64,000 nucleotides of DNA, taken from the NCBI RefSeq assembly GCF_011745625.1, contig NW_027191471.1, positions 1 through 64,000 of the forward strand. The letters are read 5' to 3'. Below are positions 1-12,603 of the stretch, one piece after another. The first letter of the stretch is position 1; each line of letters starts with the position of its first letter. The translations under genes and the position numbers were made by a program. The notes beneath the pieces are model-generated. The model saw nothing but the letters and a program-made list of their open reading frames with translations, ran no database searches and was not told the origin of the DNA. This DNA comes from Cladosporium halotolerans. Lineage: Eukaryota.

Positions 1-92
1 CTGATTGCTGATTGATTTCTGATTGAGCGCCCACCTGACTGATTTGATTCCTGATTGAGCTTCACCTGATTCTGAATATTCAAGATTCAAGA
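1..92. repeat. Degenerate CTGATT/AATCAG-rich short-repeat tract at the window edge
   Basis: CTGATT occurs at 1, 8, 19, 39, 51 and 66, with a longer imperfect duplication (ctgattgagc..cacctga twice) and ttcaaga twice; it abuts the truncated end of the NACHT pseudogene. Confidence 0.6.
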
Positions 93-1116
93 TCTATGGG
101 TCTCATCCAGCGTTGTCGGGAGAGCATCCAAAGTCAGCTTTACGTATTTCGGGGCGCGGTGGACTTGAGCTTCTTCAACTCCTGGACCTGACAGTACGCG
201 TATTGGAACCTGTGAGAACTATTAGATATGGTCACTCACTTGAGCGTAGACCATTTATTAAGTCTTACATCCCGTCCGCCTTACTAGCGATTCTGTGTTT
301 ATTCAAATCGAGTGTTGCTGAGCTCAGCTCCCGAAATCTAGGATCACGTTGCAGCTGATTGGACACGTAAAGTCGTATATCGGCGTCAACGGCAGGCGCT
401 GGAGCTTGAAGCGGCACGAATTTCTGCATCAGCATCGACTCGCGAATTTGAGGGAGCTCACGACTAGTTACGAGTATGCTCAGGTTTGGTGCAGCCTTAG
501 TCAGTCGCTCGATGCACTCTAACACACCCTCGCGGGTATCTTGCTCTTCAGGCCATTCATCGAGTGTCCAGAAGGAGGAACATCCTCTTGAATGGCGCAA
601 ATGAGGCCAAAACCAACTTGTCCGGATCTTCCAGCCCATCCCTTCCTCTACGAAGGTAATGCTCTTGACGAAGCATGGACAGAGCTGGTTCCCTCCAGGC
701 TAGCTGTCTCACCAGCGAGTTCATGAGGTCTCTCTCAGATTGCTTACGCTTATCTGAGAAGGAGAAGTAGAAGAATGCACACGCAATCGCAAAGATGGCC
801 ACGCTATTTCCCGTATGCCTTCCGGTCGAGCGTACGTATGCAGGCTCAGCAGCTTCATGTCCAGCTCGAGAAGGGCATGTTCACAGCCTTGCACGCTCGT
901 TTTCGCAAGCGAAACGCTTTCTTCGTCCTCTTCTGTAATCCGTCTGCTGAGCGTGTTCTCGAGTAGCGCCCAAGTTTCGCTCAAATCTGTGATCGCGGTA
1001 TATGTGCTGCTCATGTCCGAGTCACAGTCTTTCCAATCGTTGTAGAAGGAGAGAAGCCTCTCGCATAGCCGGATGCCGAGAGACATAGCACCGGCTGCGG
1101 TTCCTGCGGCGTCCAT
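87..1116 (-). pseudogene. Degraded fungal NLR-like gene: N-terminal helical (SesA/HeLo-like) domain plus NACHT fragment
   Basis: ATG 1116 MDAAGTAAGAMSLGIRLCERLLSFY..., then a frame break near 800 to CAFFYFSFSDKRKQS...SLVRQL (post-Walker A NACHT); a frameshift in Walker B (LLLD/LDEWP, ~560); ILVTSRE and SKADGM, intron 268-210, FQYAYCQVQELKKLKS; a frameshift near 150; KYVKLTLDALPTTLDETHRS*. No Walker A and no C-terminal repeats. Confidence 0.85.
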
Positions 1117-2837
1117 GATGCCAGATGTGTGAAACAAATCAGATTACGAGGTATTGCTAAGAGAGTAGAGGGTGTGGAAATACAGGACAACGGCACCTTG
1201 TTTCGATCGGGGAATTTTTGGGATTGAAAAGTGTTTGGGACGTGTTCAAACCGGTGTAGCTGTCGGACAGAAGTGGTGCTTAGCCCAGCCTCGCTTGTTC
1301 TAGGTGCAGGCTTATTATCAGTGGCGGATGGTCGTGCCCCGCGGTAGAATAATGTGAGCATGCTGGAGCTGCAGACACAGAGGCAGCGACGTGGGACGAA
1401 AGAGCATTGCACTGGAACTCAGGCCACAGCGAGTAGCTTTCGTGCGTTCCTTGTGATGTTTCACATCCTCCATCATGCACGAGGTTGATGTGTGAGTGGG
1501 AGGTAAAACGACGAGGTGCTTATTGATAAGACGCTGTACCTTACATTACCGCAAGGTGAGAAAGCACGTGATGAGACGCATACCTTAGCATCCCGGCTTC
1601 CAGAAGCATGGGGCTTTGCGGGGAATGGAAGCTCTGCCGGACAGGCGAGCAGAGGACCAGGCAGTGCTACCTTAGGCACGCCAGGCGTTGGAACTTCACT
1701 TCTTCCCAAATTCCAGCAGTCGTCTGAGGGAGTACCACACCAACGCTATTCGGGCCGGATGGAGCGAGGGTTCCACAGGGTGACGGGTTCATTTCCAAGC
1801 TGGTGTCAAATAATACGAACGACTTTCACGCCTCCACGTGCGCAGAGAGGGGATGTGGCAGTGAGGGTTCGCCGGACCGGAGCACGGCTACGGGCACCAC
1901 CGACCTTAGCGTACAACAGCCCGCCGTCAAGCCGTCAAGCCGTGTGGCCGTCCAACATACCCGGACTTGGCGACAGCTGTCCAGTATGCCAGTAGTAGCA
2001 GACGCATAGAGTGTTGTTATAATTGGCAACGGAGGAGATCGATGCGCGGAGCTGCCCTCCGTGTCTTGCGGAGGATGGTGAATGGAGGAGATGGTTCGTG
2101 GGCTGTGGCCGGCTGGATGAGCCCATCTGGTGTTTGAGCACACATGTATGTAGCGTGATTCAGAACAGATTGGAGCACATCACCACATGTTGCAGCACAC
2201 GCTGCGTGGCCTCTCAATCTGAGCGGCCTCCTGCCAATCAATCCGCGGCGGGCTGCGTGTGCTGCGCCCCGTCTCGTCTCCGTCTGCGCTCAGCGTCCAG
2301 CCCGCGTGTCCGCGCGCCCCCTTGTGCTCCCCCCGGCCTCAAGCCTCACGGGCCTTTCCCATTCAATCGACGTCGCCGCCTTGGCACGCCTGAAGACAAC
2401 AACGCCGGACCTGACGACCGCCACGTCGACACCCGTGGCTTTCTGCGAACACCACTCCCACCGCCTACGCCCGCCCGCCAGTCGCACCGGCGCCGCCCTC
2501 TCGCCCTGCCGCTCGGCATCCCCGCCCACCTCCTCAAGCAAGGGCTTCTCCGCCGCTCCTCTCGCTCCGCACCACCTACCTTGCCCAGCGTTGGCGCCGC
2601 CTTGGGCACAACACCCACGCACCTACTCACGCCCTCCCTCCGCGCAGTCGCCTCCCACCTGCAACAACCCCGTCTCCGCATCTACGCCATCCCCGACCGC
2701 CTGCACGCCCGGACACCGCGCTCCGCCGCGAGAACGCGTCAGTGCTCGTGCCGCTACCCGGCCATCATCGACTGTCACTGACACCGAGCGCAGACTCGCC
2801 CTGATCGCTCCCGAAATCCACCACCGCTGCCGCAACA

Positions 2838-4121
2838 ATGGACGGGTGGCAGGTCGCACAGAACTACCTCGGCTTTGCCGTCCTCGCTGGAGGCATTGGC
2901 GGCTACTACTACTACACAACAAAGCGCAGCCAACCTGCCGCCACCGGCAACCGACGAAGATCGACCAATGACTTCAAGGCAAAGCCGGACCGTCGACTGA
3001 GCGTCCAACAGAAGGATGCGCCACAGTCAACTACAAGCGAGAAGGAAGGAAAGCAGAGCGACGCCTCGACCGCGAAGAAGAAGAAGGCGCCTAAGAAGCA
3101 GCAACCGCAGGAAAAGCCCAAGGCAAAGACAGAGCCGGCCCCGGCGCCTGAGGTTGTGGTGCACGAGGACAAGCCGGAGAGGGAGTCGGACATCAGTATC
3201 GCGCAATTCGCGAAGGGCATGACCCAGGCCCGCCAGGGTGCCAAGCTCGCTCCGCCCAAGAGCAAGGATAACCGTATCAAGACGGTCAAGCAAAGCAGCG
3301 CCCGCGACACACCCGTGCTCTCCTCCGGATCTTCTCAGGCTGGCGGTGAGACCGGTGCCGAAGCCGACGATGATATGTCTCCCGCCGCCTCTCCTGCCCT
3401 GAACTCTGGCGACGTCTCCGACATGCTCGAGCCTACTGCCTCTGGACCTACCTCTATCCGCCTGACTGCCCCGCTCAACCCTCAGAAAGAGCGCGCCCCG
3501 AAGCAAGCCAAGGAGCAGGTTGTCGAGTCCAAGAAGGCCCGCCAGAACCGCAAGAAGGTGGAGGAGCGCCGCATTCAGCGCGAGGCCGAAGAGAAGGAGC
3601 GCAAGGAACTCGAGGAGAAGCAGCGTCGCTCTGCGAGGGAGGCCCGCGGCGAGCCGGCCAAGAACGGCATTCCCGTCGCTCGCGCCCCTGCCAACAACCC
3701 GTGGGAGCAGAAGAACGCCGCTGGTGCTGCCACTGTCCAGACTGGTGCCACCGTCAACGGCTCCTCTACTGGCCCCCTCCTGGACACTTTCGACGCCGAC
3801 TCCACCAGCAGCTCCACCGGCGGCCTCGAAGCCAGCACTGCTGCCACTAGTATCAACGAGACCAGCACTGCCCAGTACGACAACGAGGACGCCCAGATGG
3901 CCCAGGCCATGAAGGAGAGCGAGGATGAGTCCGGCTGGACTACCGTCAGCGTCGGCAAGAAGCAACAGAAGAAGCGCAGCGACTCTGACGGCGATGTCAC
4001 GCCCATCGAGAAGCCCAAGGCTCCTCTGCCTGCCAAGCCTTCTACTTTCAACACCAACCTCTCCAAGCCCACTGGCTTTGCTGCGCTCAACGCCGACGAC
4101 CCTGAGAACTGGGACGCATGA
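2838..4121 (+). CDS. Uncharacterised protein (427 aa): N-terminal TM anchor, disordered basic region, coiled coil
   Basis: Long ORF with strong C-ending codon bias and a good ATG context (caacaATG); hydrophobic YLGFAVLAGGIGGYYYY followed by a basic tail; charged helix ESKKARQNRKKVEERRIQREAEEKERKELEEKQRR. Confidence 0.85.
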   Translation: MDGWQVAQNYLGFAVLAGGIGGYYYYTTKRSQPAATGNRRRSTNDFKAKPDRRLSVQQKDAPQSTTSEKEGKQSDASTAKKKKAPKKQQPQEKPKAKTEPAPAPEVVVHEDKPERESDISIAQFAKGMTQARQGAKLAPPKSKDNRIKTVKQSSARDTPVLSSGSSQAGGETGAEADDDMSPAASPALNSGDVSDMLEPTASGPTSIRLTAPLNPQKERAPKQAKEQVVESKKARQNRKKVEERRIQREAEEKERKELEEKQRRSAREARGEPAKNGIPVARAPANNPWEQKNAAGAATVQTGATVNGSSTGPLLDTFDADSTSSSTGGLEASTAATSINETSTAQYDNEDAQMAQAMKESEDESGWTTVSVGKKQQKKRSDSDGDVTPIEKPKAPLPAKPSTFNTNLSKPTGFAALNADDPENWDA

Positions 4122-5857
4122 TCGCGATAGGATATGAGAGAGCTCCTTACCATACGCACGCTTCCAGGGTGGCCACAGACACGCCGGCTTCGGCAGGACC
4201 TTACCTGACACCACACAGGTTACCTGCACAGCCCATCACTGCCTCGGGTCTGCGGATCCTTCATTCACCAAGCATACGCTTGTGTGATCTAGTCAGCAAT
4301 GGCCCTACTTTTCTTTCACTGTCTTCTTTTCTTTTCTCCATGTCGTTGTTATTCAAACTCGCGCTCATTTTCCCAACACCCCAGGACAAGCGAATCGCAG
4401 GCGCAAGAAGGACGGCCGGAAGGGGCGCGTGAAGTACAATCCCCGATTGCCATGCGTTCCTCAAACCCGCGCATCGAATCGGCGAGCGAGGATGGGCGTT
4501 TTGTTTCTTCTTTTTTCCGTGCCAGCCTCGCCTGACTTGTGGGGAGGCTTCTGTCCGTGTCTGACTACTACAGAAACAAAAAAATGAAATAGGAAAAAAA
4601 CGAAATGATGTGAGGAAAAGAGTCGCGTGTCTCCTGTTGTTGAAGTGTCAATCCTATTATTACACTATATCACTCGCTTGCCCACTTCGGGCATGCATAC
4701 ACATCCCGCCCTACTGTGGTCTCTCTATACCGACCGACTGGACATGTTAATAAGGTCGTTGTACTACTGGCGGCCAGGAAAATGCCGAGGCGACAATCAA
4801 ATGAATAACGTGCTCGTCGTGTCCTACAAAGTCCCCTAGCCCTCGTTCCCGCTCCTAATAGCACCCGCCCGCTATGCCGATCGGCCACTCCAACAGTTCA
4901 CGCCGACATCAGATCCGGGTAGACGCCAACGTGTGTGCTTCCTAACGTCTACAGACCCGCAGCCGATCGTGGCGTTTCCTTACCAGCACTATTGGAAGAT
5001 GACGCCGCTCGCGCGACGGTTGGGCAATGTCTCAGAGTGCAAGATGAGATTTTGAGATTGCTTTTTGGGCACTTTCGACGCGTGCGCGATGGTTTTGGTC
5101 AGTTAGGCGGGTTGGACAACGTGGCCGCGCCTCCTTTTCTCTGCGTGAGGTGGTGCGGTTGTTGGAGTTATAATAAGAGATGCTCGTGCCCCCTGCGGCG
5201 TGGGAGGAGGCTTGCTCGGTCGTTGATTTTGTTCGTCCATACCCACACTCCTTGTCCAATACCGTACTGGCATTGTTCGAATCTGTTCCCTACAAACCTC
5301 ACTCTTTGTCCGGCACACCATTGCGGCAGCGCGCCTTGTTTCGAACGCACACTTTCTTTAAGCACGCCCTCTAGCCGAAAGCTCGAAACAATCTGAAGCC
5401 GCCGCGGCTCTCCTAGTGCTCGCGGTGACGGTCAAAGAGAACAGCTGGCAGACGCGGGACTGCGGGCGAACCAACCATCAGGGCCGACCTGCTGCTTCCA
5501 GTCGCGCGAACCCCACTCTGACGCTGCTGAGCGAACCCTCCGGCCCCGAATAGCTGGCTCCCTTACCTTAATACAGCTGTTTACTTGCCTGTGCCCGCCG
5601 CACACCTCGTCGACTTCTGCACTGCACCACCGCCGCAGCCGACCCTCCTTTCCTCCTCCGCCCCTGAACGCACCGTCTGGTCTCGTCTGTCTCCAAGTCG
5701 CCAGCGCCAGCGTCAGCAGCTACATCCAGTCCTCCTCCTCGGCTCGATCTCACCTCATCCCAGCTCTCGCCGAGCCCGGTTCCCCAGCGCTGCAGCGCTG
5801 CAGCAACTACCACCACCGCCACCACCAAACCCACCACCCGTCGACCAGCAGCCCACC

Positions 5858-7003
<1,146 letters not shown>

Positions 7004-7505
7004 ACTGGACGCGGTGTTCAGGAAGCGAAAGCGAATGTGCAGCTATGGGAGAAAGGCAAAACTAGGGAGTTGAATTGTGATGGAAAAGTACGTGGGAGGG
7101 GACAACTAGAGAAAATACCTTTTATGCATCTAGCTACGGAGTACTGTTCTTATTTTTGAAAAAATGCAAAAGGATATCTACTTCATCGTCAACTCTTATC
7201 GCAGAAGATCGCCGTAAAGGCGCGTGCCTCAGCTACCTAGATACGATCAACGCTGCGTCCGCAAAAACCAAGAGCCGCAGTCACGAATAGCAATTCCGCG
7301 CGGGGACACACGCCTGCTTCGATCCTCAGCAAAATCAACAGCCCGGTAACCTATCGCTTGTCAACTTTCGTCAATCCTGGCAGCTGGCTGCGCCACCTCG
7401 CTCACAAGCGCCAAACAGCCGCCTTCTATTCGGCCGACTGCACCCCGGCGGCGTCTTGCCAACACTGCTTGCACATCAACTGCCTACGACCCGTCCATAC
7501 CGGGC

Positions 7506-7563
7506 GGCGAAGCAAGTGTTCGCCTTTAGGCAGCTTGCAGCCTAAAGGCAAGTTTGCTTCGCC
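7506..7563. repeat. Near-perfect inverted repeat (two 10-bp stems)
   Basis: GGCGAAGCAA (7506-7515) pairs with TTGCTTCGCC (7554-7563); GCCTTTAGGC (7522-7531) pairs with GCCTAAAGGC (7540-7549); 8-nt loop. Confidence 0.9.
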
Positions 7564-7718
7564 ATGCGAGGCTGAGCATGCGGCACATACCACTCACCTG
7601 GTGCAGGTCTCATAATGGCATGAATCATCTCAGCTTTCACTTCAACGCCCCAAGATAACTTTCGCTAATACCGACGGCCGTCCATACTTTCTCAGACGAA
7701 GACCAGCTGTCGCACACA

Positions 7719-8267
7719 ATGGCACCGCTGAACATCATCCTCGCCAACTGGAGTTTCATACACGCTCCGAACGTCACGGCAGGGCTCCATCAATTCATCG
7801 CCGAAAGAAACTTGGTGGCGGGCTACATCTCGAGCCACGCGCACGAGATTCTGGAGTGGATTTCGCAGCCTCGTACGTCGTTATGAAGAATTCCGGCCAG
7901 GATCTTTAAGAAGATGGGGCCGAGGTAGCTGACGTGCTTTCAGACATCGTAATCCTCATCACCGTCTGGTGGATCACTTTCACGATCATCATAACACTCG
8001 TCCTGTGTCTCGGGTTTGGGCCGGGCGGTGTCGTCGCTGGTAAGTAGAAGACCTTCTCGTCCTTAGCTATATCAATCTGACAACCCTCGAGGCTCTCTCG
8101 CCGCAGCGTTCCAGGCTTGGGCGTACGGCGCGTTCACTCCGGCTGGAGGGATCTTTGCGACACTCACGAGCTTGGGAATGGTTGGGATGCTGGCTCCTGC
8201 TGTTGCAGTTCTTGGAGCGGGGTTCGCTACGATGGTGGTTTCTGTGGTTTGGTATGTGATGAGGTAG
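7719..8267 (+). CDS. Small Gly/Ala-rich membrane protein, ISG12/IFI27 (Ifi-6-16)-like, copy 1 (141 aa)
   Basis: Exons 7719-7872, 7944-8039, 8092-8267; the spliced product contains LGFGPGGVVAG^SLAAAFQAWAYGAFTPAGGIFATLTSLGM with hydrophobic segments on both sides. Not in the ORF track. Confidence 0.8.
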
Positions 8268-8693
8268 GTGGGATTTCCGGAGTGAGGTTTCTTCATGTAT
8301 CTAAGGATAGGCGGCGTCTTACGAGCCATAGTTGCGAAGACTCGTCAGACATCCCATACCTATCGCCTTCACCTCAGGCAGGCATTGCATGAAAATCAGG
8401 CAATGAGGGGCGGCTCGGGCAGCTTCACGTACCTTAGCGAGGTGAGGCTGAGCGCGCCGGGGAAACATGGCAACCGTCTGATAGCTCTGTGAATCGTCAT
8501 CGGCTTGTCTTCCGCTGGCGAGATTCTAGTTGTGATAATCACTCTAGAGTCTTTACACCCTAGACAACACGTCTGTCTACCTTACCCTATGCCCAAGCAG
8601 CAGACAACGTGTCTCGTTGCATTCTTCGACTCAAGGACGACCGTCTTCTACAATCCCAACAATACAGCAGCGATCCTTCTTCGAATTTCGAAC

Positions 8694-9021
8694 ATGGTCT
8701 TAGTACTCTTCGTCATCGGCGGGGCCACGTTCATGGCTACAGTGGCGGCCATCGTCTCTCTCGGCTTCGGTGCATCTGGAATCGTGGCTGGTGAGTACTT
8801 CGAATCCATCCGCAACAGATTTTGCAGTAGCTCATCATTCTGTCTAAGGTTCCGCGGCCGCGGCTTTCCAGTCTGCCGTGTATGGCGGGTTCATCCCCGC
8901 CGGTGGTGTGTTCGCGGGTCTCACCAGTCTGGGTATGACTGGGCTGCTTGCGCCGGTTGCTGCGGTTGCTGGTGCAATTGCGGGAGTGTGCGCAGCGGTG
9001 ACTGCCGCGGTCAGTTTTTAG
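8694..9021 (+). CDS. Small Gly/Ala-rich membrane protein, ISG12/IFI27-like, copy 2 (89 aa)
   Basis: Exons 8694-8790, 8849-9021; LGFGASGIVAG^SAAAAFQSAVYGGFIPAGGVFAGLTSLGM; intron in the same codon and phase as in copy 1. Confidence 0.82.
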
Positions 9022-9446
9022 GGGAAGGTTTGAAGACCAAACAAGCTATAGTTGATGGATGGCCAGACTTCTCGCGTCCCTTCATCGACAGGTACCTCGA
9101 ATGCTCGCTGAAGTGTTGGGTTTGGCGAATGCTCGACGGAAATCGCACCTGTTTTAGGATCTTCTCTTCCGAATAAGATCTGAAGATCACAAACATTCAA
9201 TGGGTTCTACGAAATGTCAATCAGTCCAGTCTTTCGACATAAAATAGCTAAGCGCTCGCGAATTTCTATAAAACGATGATGTCGCTGCTCTGTGAGGTGA
9301 AGTGATCAAGCTGTTTCCCCCAGAAACGCGCTAGCAACAAAGCTTCAGCCAACCGCAATCCTCCATCTTCCGCTTCGACATTCACGCGCCGCCTAACATC
9401 ACTTCACAGGCTCTTTTCACGTTTTCACGTGTCAAAGCAAGTCACA

Positions 9447-12400
9447 ATGGCGCCAATGACGAGGCGGTCGCAAGCCGCTGCGGCCGCGGCTGCTGCCAGC
9501 ACTTCTGCACCTGCCCCCGCGCCCGCCGCCGGAGTCTCAAAACCTGTGACCCGCAGATCGCGTGCGACTGCTGCCACCGCCGCGCGCAAGGAGCAGTCAG
9601 ATTCTTGGGAACTTCTAGACCGGCAAACGTCGCGCAACGGGGAGGCGAACGAAGACGACGCGCAAGAAGACGAAGATTCCGACACCAATAACGCACCCGC
9701 ACCCCCACCCGCACCCATGTCCTTCTCTACCGCACGAACAATCACCCGCCCATCGGGCGCGGCCCAAACAGCCGCCAACTCTCTGCGCGACATCGCCGAC
9801 CGCGTTGGAAAAGAAGTGGAGATGTTTGCCGAGACGCTCGATCGCTTCTTTGACAACCTGCCCGCGGCGCAGGACCAGTACGACGCCGCGCACGACCTAG
9901 TCCTCGAGTTCAAGGGCATCGCCGAAGAAGCTGTCGAGGAGCTGAAGAAAGGCCACGAGAGGGAGGTGCGCGAGCAGCTGCGGGCAGAATGGAGCGAGCA
10001 AGCACATCTGAGCGCATTCGAGAGCACTATTGGCAGACCCAAGCCCCGAACCGCAGTGGGCGGCGCGGCGGCTGCGAGGAGGATGGAGCAGGTCGAGGAA
10101 CTACGACTATGTCAGGAAGAGGCGGACACCTGGGAGCTGTTCCGTGTTGTGCTGGAGATGCACTACAACCCAAATGCGGCGTCGCAAGAGCAGGAGAAGG
10201 AGGAAAAGCTGGCGCGGCTGGGGAACGTGCACAGGTATACTTCCGAGAGCGAGCTTTACGATCGCTTCCTTATCGAGGACGATCTGGCACGCGAGAGGCA
10301 CATGGTCAAGACTTGGCTGGAACAGACGGCGGAGAACCAGAAGAGCGACGTGCAGGGCATCGTGGATGAGCTCGAGGAGAGGGCAGGGACTGGTAAGGGG
10401 ACTTGGACGCGAGGTTGGATGCATACGAGAGAGAAGATCAAGGCGGAGAAGCGCATGAGGACTTGGCCGCAGCCGGACAGCTCGCCTTTGCCGCAGATTC
10501 GCAGGACGGACAACAGCGAGATGTTGGTTACCAGTCTTGACCCAGATGCGCCGACACGACAGGAACGAGCTCTGGAAAAGCAGGACGCGTATGTCGAGCG
10601 AGCTCTTTGGATCGCCTGCTACGAGATGCTGCGTCGCGGAAAATCCTGGTCTGAGATCTGCGACTGGTGTGAAGAACGCAGGGAAGGCTGGAGAGCTGTC
10701 GCGATGGGCAAGGCAATGGCTACGTCTGACACTGCGTCGAACATGGCTTGGAGAAAGATGTGCTACCTGGCTTCGTGCTCGGAAACTGCGGGAGATTACG
10801 AAGCTGCTGTGTATGGTTTGCTTGGTGGCAATGTCCAGGCTGTGAAGAAGATCAGCCGCTCCGTTGACGACCACCTATACGCTCACTACAACGCTGTTTT
10901 GATCCAGCAATTTGACCAGTATCTTCTGAAGAATTACCCGCAGCGCGTTCCTCAGGCACTCAACAAGCAGAGCTATGCCCGTGACAGCGTGGCTGATGCC
11001 AATGCGGCGCAGCTTGAAATTATGGAGCTGATCAATGGCCTGCGGAAGACGAACACGACAAAGCATGAGTCGAACACCCCTCTCAAGATGCTGCAGAGCT
11101 ACCTCCTGGCGAACGAGGCCGAAAGTCTGATTCACACTGTCGGCTCAGCCATTGCGCATGTTCCCAACATCACTGGCAACCCTGGCGACATGACGAACCG
11201 TATGAAAGCTCTGGTTCTACACGGTTCAGGGTTTCCCGAAGACAAAATTGTCACCGACTCAAGGAGCTTGCGTATTACCACGCACATCTGTCTCGTTTTG
11301 CAGGTCCTTAGGACCGCCGAGCTGCAAGCTGATGAGCAGGAGATCGAGGACAACGTCGTGGATGCCTATATTCAAGAGCTCCGCACAGCTGGAAAGCGCG
11401 ATCCAACACCATTGTACGCTTCGAGACTGCAGAAGGACCGCTACATGGTCGCCTTGTCAAGAGTCTTCCAGGATGTATCATCCCCGCGTGAGAGGGAGAC
11501 GATGCTGAGCCTTGTCCAAGGCTTCGGCTTAAACCCCAAGAACATTTTGTGGGAGTTGACGAACTGCCTACAAGATGATCTATTCGGTGATTCTCGCCGT
11601 GCCAAAGGCGTCCGCATTCTCGAGAGCACCGACGATCACTTGTATCCTGGACAGCAGATCAAGGTGGATGCCCTGCCGTCGTTTGTTAGGCCTGAAGAGG
11701 AGGCGTTCGTTTCGAGCTACCAATGGTTCCAGCAGCTTAAGGGGCACTGGAGGGAGACATTCTTGGCTCTTACGATGGGTCTTCGGGACTGTTTGTGTAA
11801 GTGCACTTGTCTTCGTCATCGATTTGAGCTCATATGCTAACCAATATGCAGTTACCGGCCGGTTCGCTTGTGCGCGTGCCATTGCCGAGTCCTACCCGTA
11901 CGACATGATGTCCAAAGAGAAGACCTACCATATCCTTGGGCGCTCCGTCAATATTGCGAACGATGATCGCAGCCGCTTGAGAGAAGCCGAAGACACCGCG
12001 CTGTGGGACCTCATGCACCGGCAGTCCCGTGCCTACTACCAGATGGAGCAGCTTGTGCACGCTTTCGAGGCATTCGCCCAGTTCCGCGAGGAGGAAATCA
12101 CCTATCGCGGCATGGTCCCCATGCCTTCCAGCGTCCCGACGACGCTGAAGCACGCCTTTGAAAACGTCGAAGCGACTATGGCGCCTCTCCTGCAGCCCAA
12201 TTTCCTCCTCTACCCCGACGAAGTCAATTCCGACGATGACACATTCATCGCGATCAGAAACTTGTACCTCCCCGAAGCCATCATCGCCTTCAACACCATC
12301 CTCCACTCCGCCAGCTACCTCATTACTCGTGACAGCCTGTTCGGATCAATGGAGTTGAGCGTCGCCGTCGCGAAGGAAGAGAACCAGCTCACGGGACCTC

Positions 12401-12603
12401 TCGTGCAATCCGGCAGGATGAGGGAGCTCATGAAGAGCTTCGCGCTCACTAGCAAGGCGATGCTTGTTCTCAGGAATCTCGGTCAGAAGAAGTGGAGGGT
12501 CAGGAGAGATCGTGAGGGCAGAGACCCGGGCATGTGGGAGATCGGGCCGCAGCTGAGACAGGGTGATGAAGCGGATGGTAGCACGGAAGATATGGAGGAG
12601 TAA
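9447..12603 (+). CDS. NUP84: Nucleoporin Nup84/Nup107
   Basis: Exons 9447-11796, 11852-12603; motifs LVTSLDPDAPTRQ, CYEMLRRG, WRA, WRKMC, YEAAVYGLLGG and C-terminal IRNLYLPEAII typical of Nup84/107. Confidence 0.93.

Noticed and set aside
87..1116. NLR relic as the effector partner of the amyloid-ankyrin gene
   Set aside because: It is about 50 kb away, broken, and carries no recognisable amyloid repeat.
2023..2971. Overlapping Pro/Arg-rich ORFs of 220-250 aa
   Set aside because: Non-ATG starts in a C-rich promoter/leader where stop codons are rare; no domain signal.
3027..4229. 400-aa antisense ORF, and similar long shadow ORFs over other genes
   Set aside because: Mirror frames of GC-rich, codon-biased real genes; no recognisable motifs.
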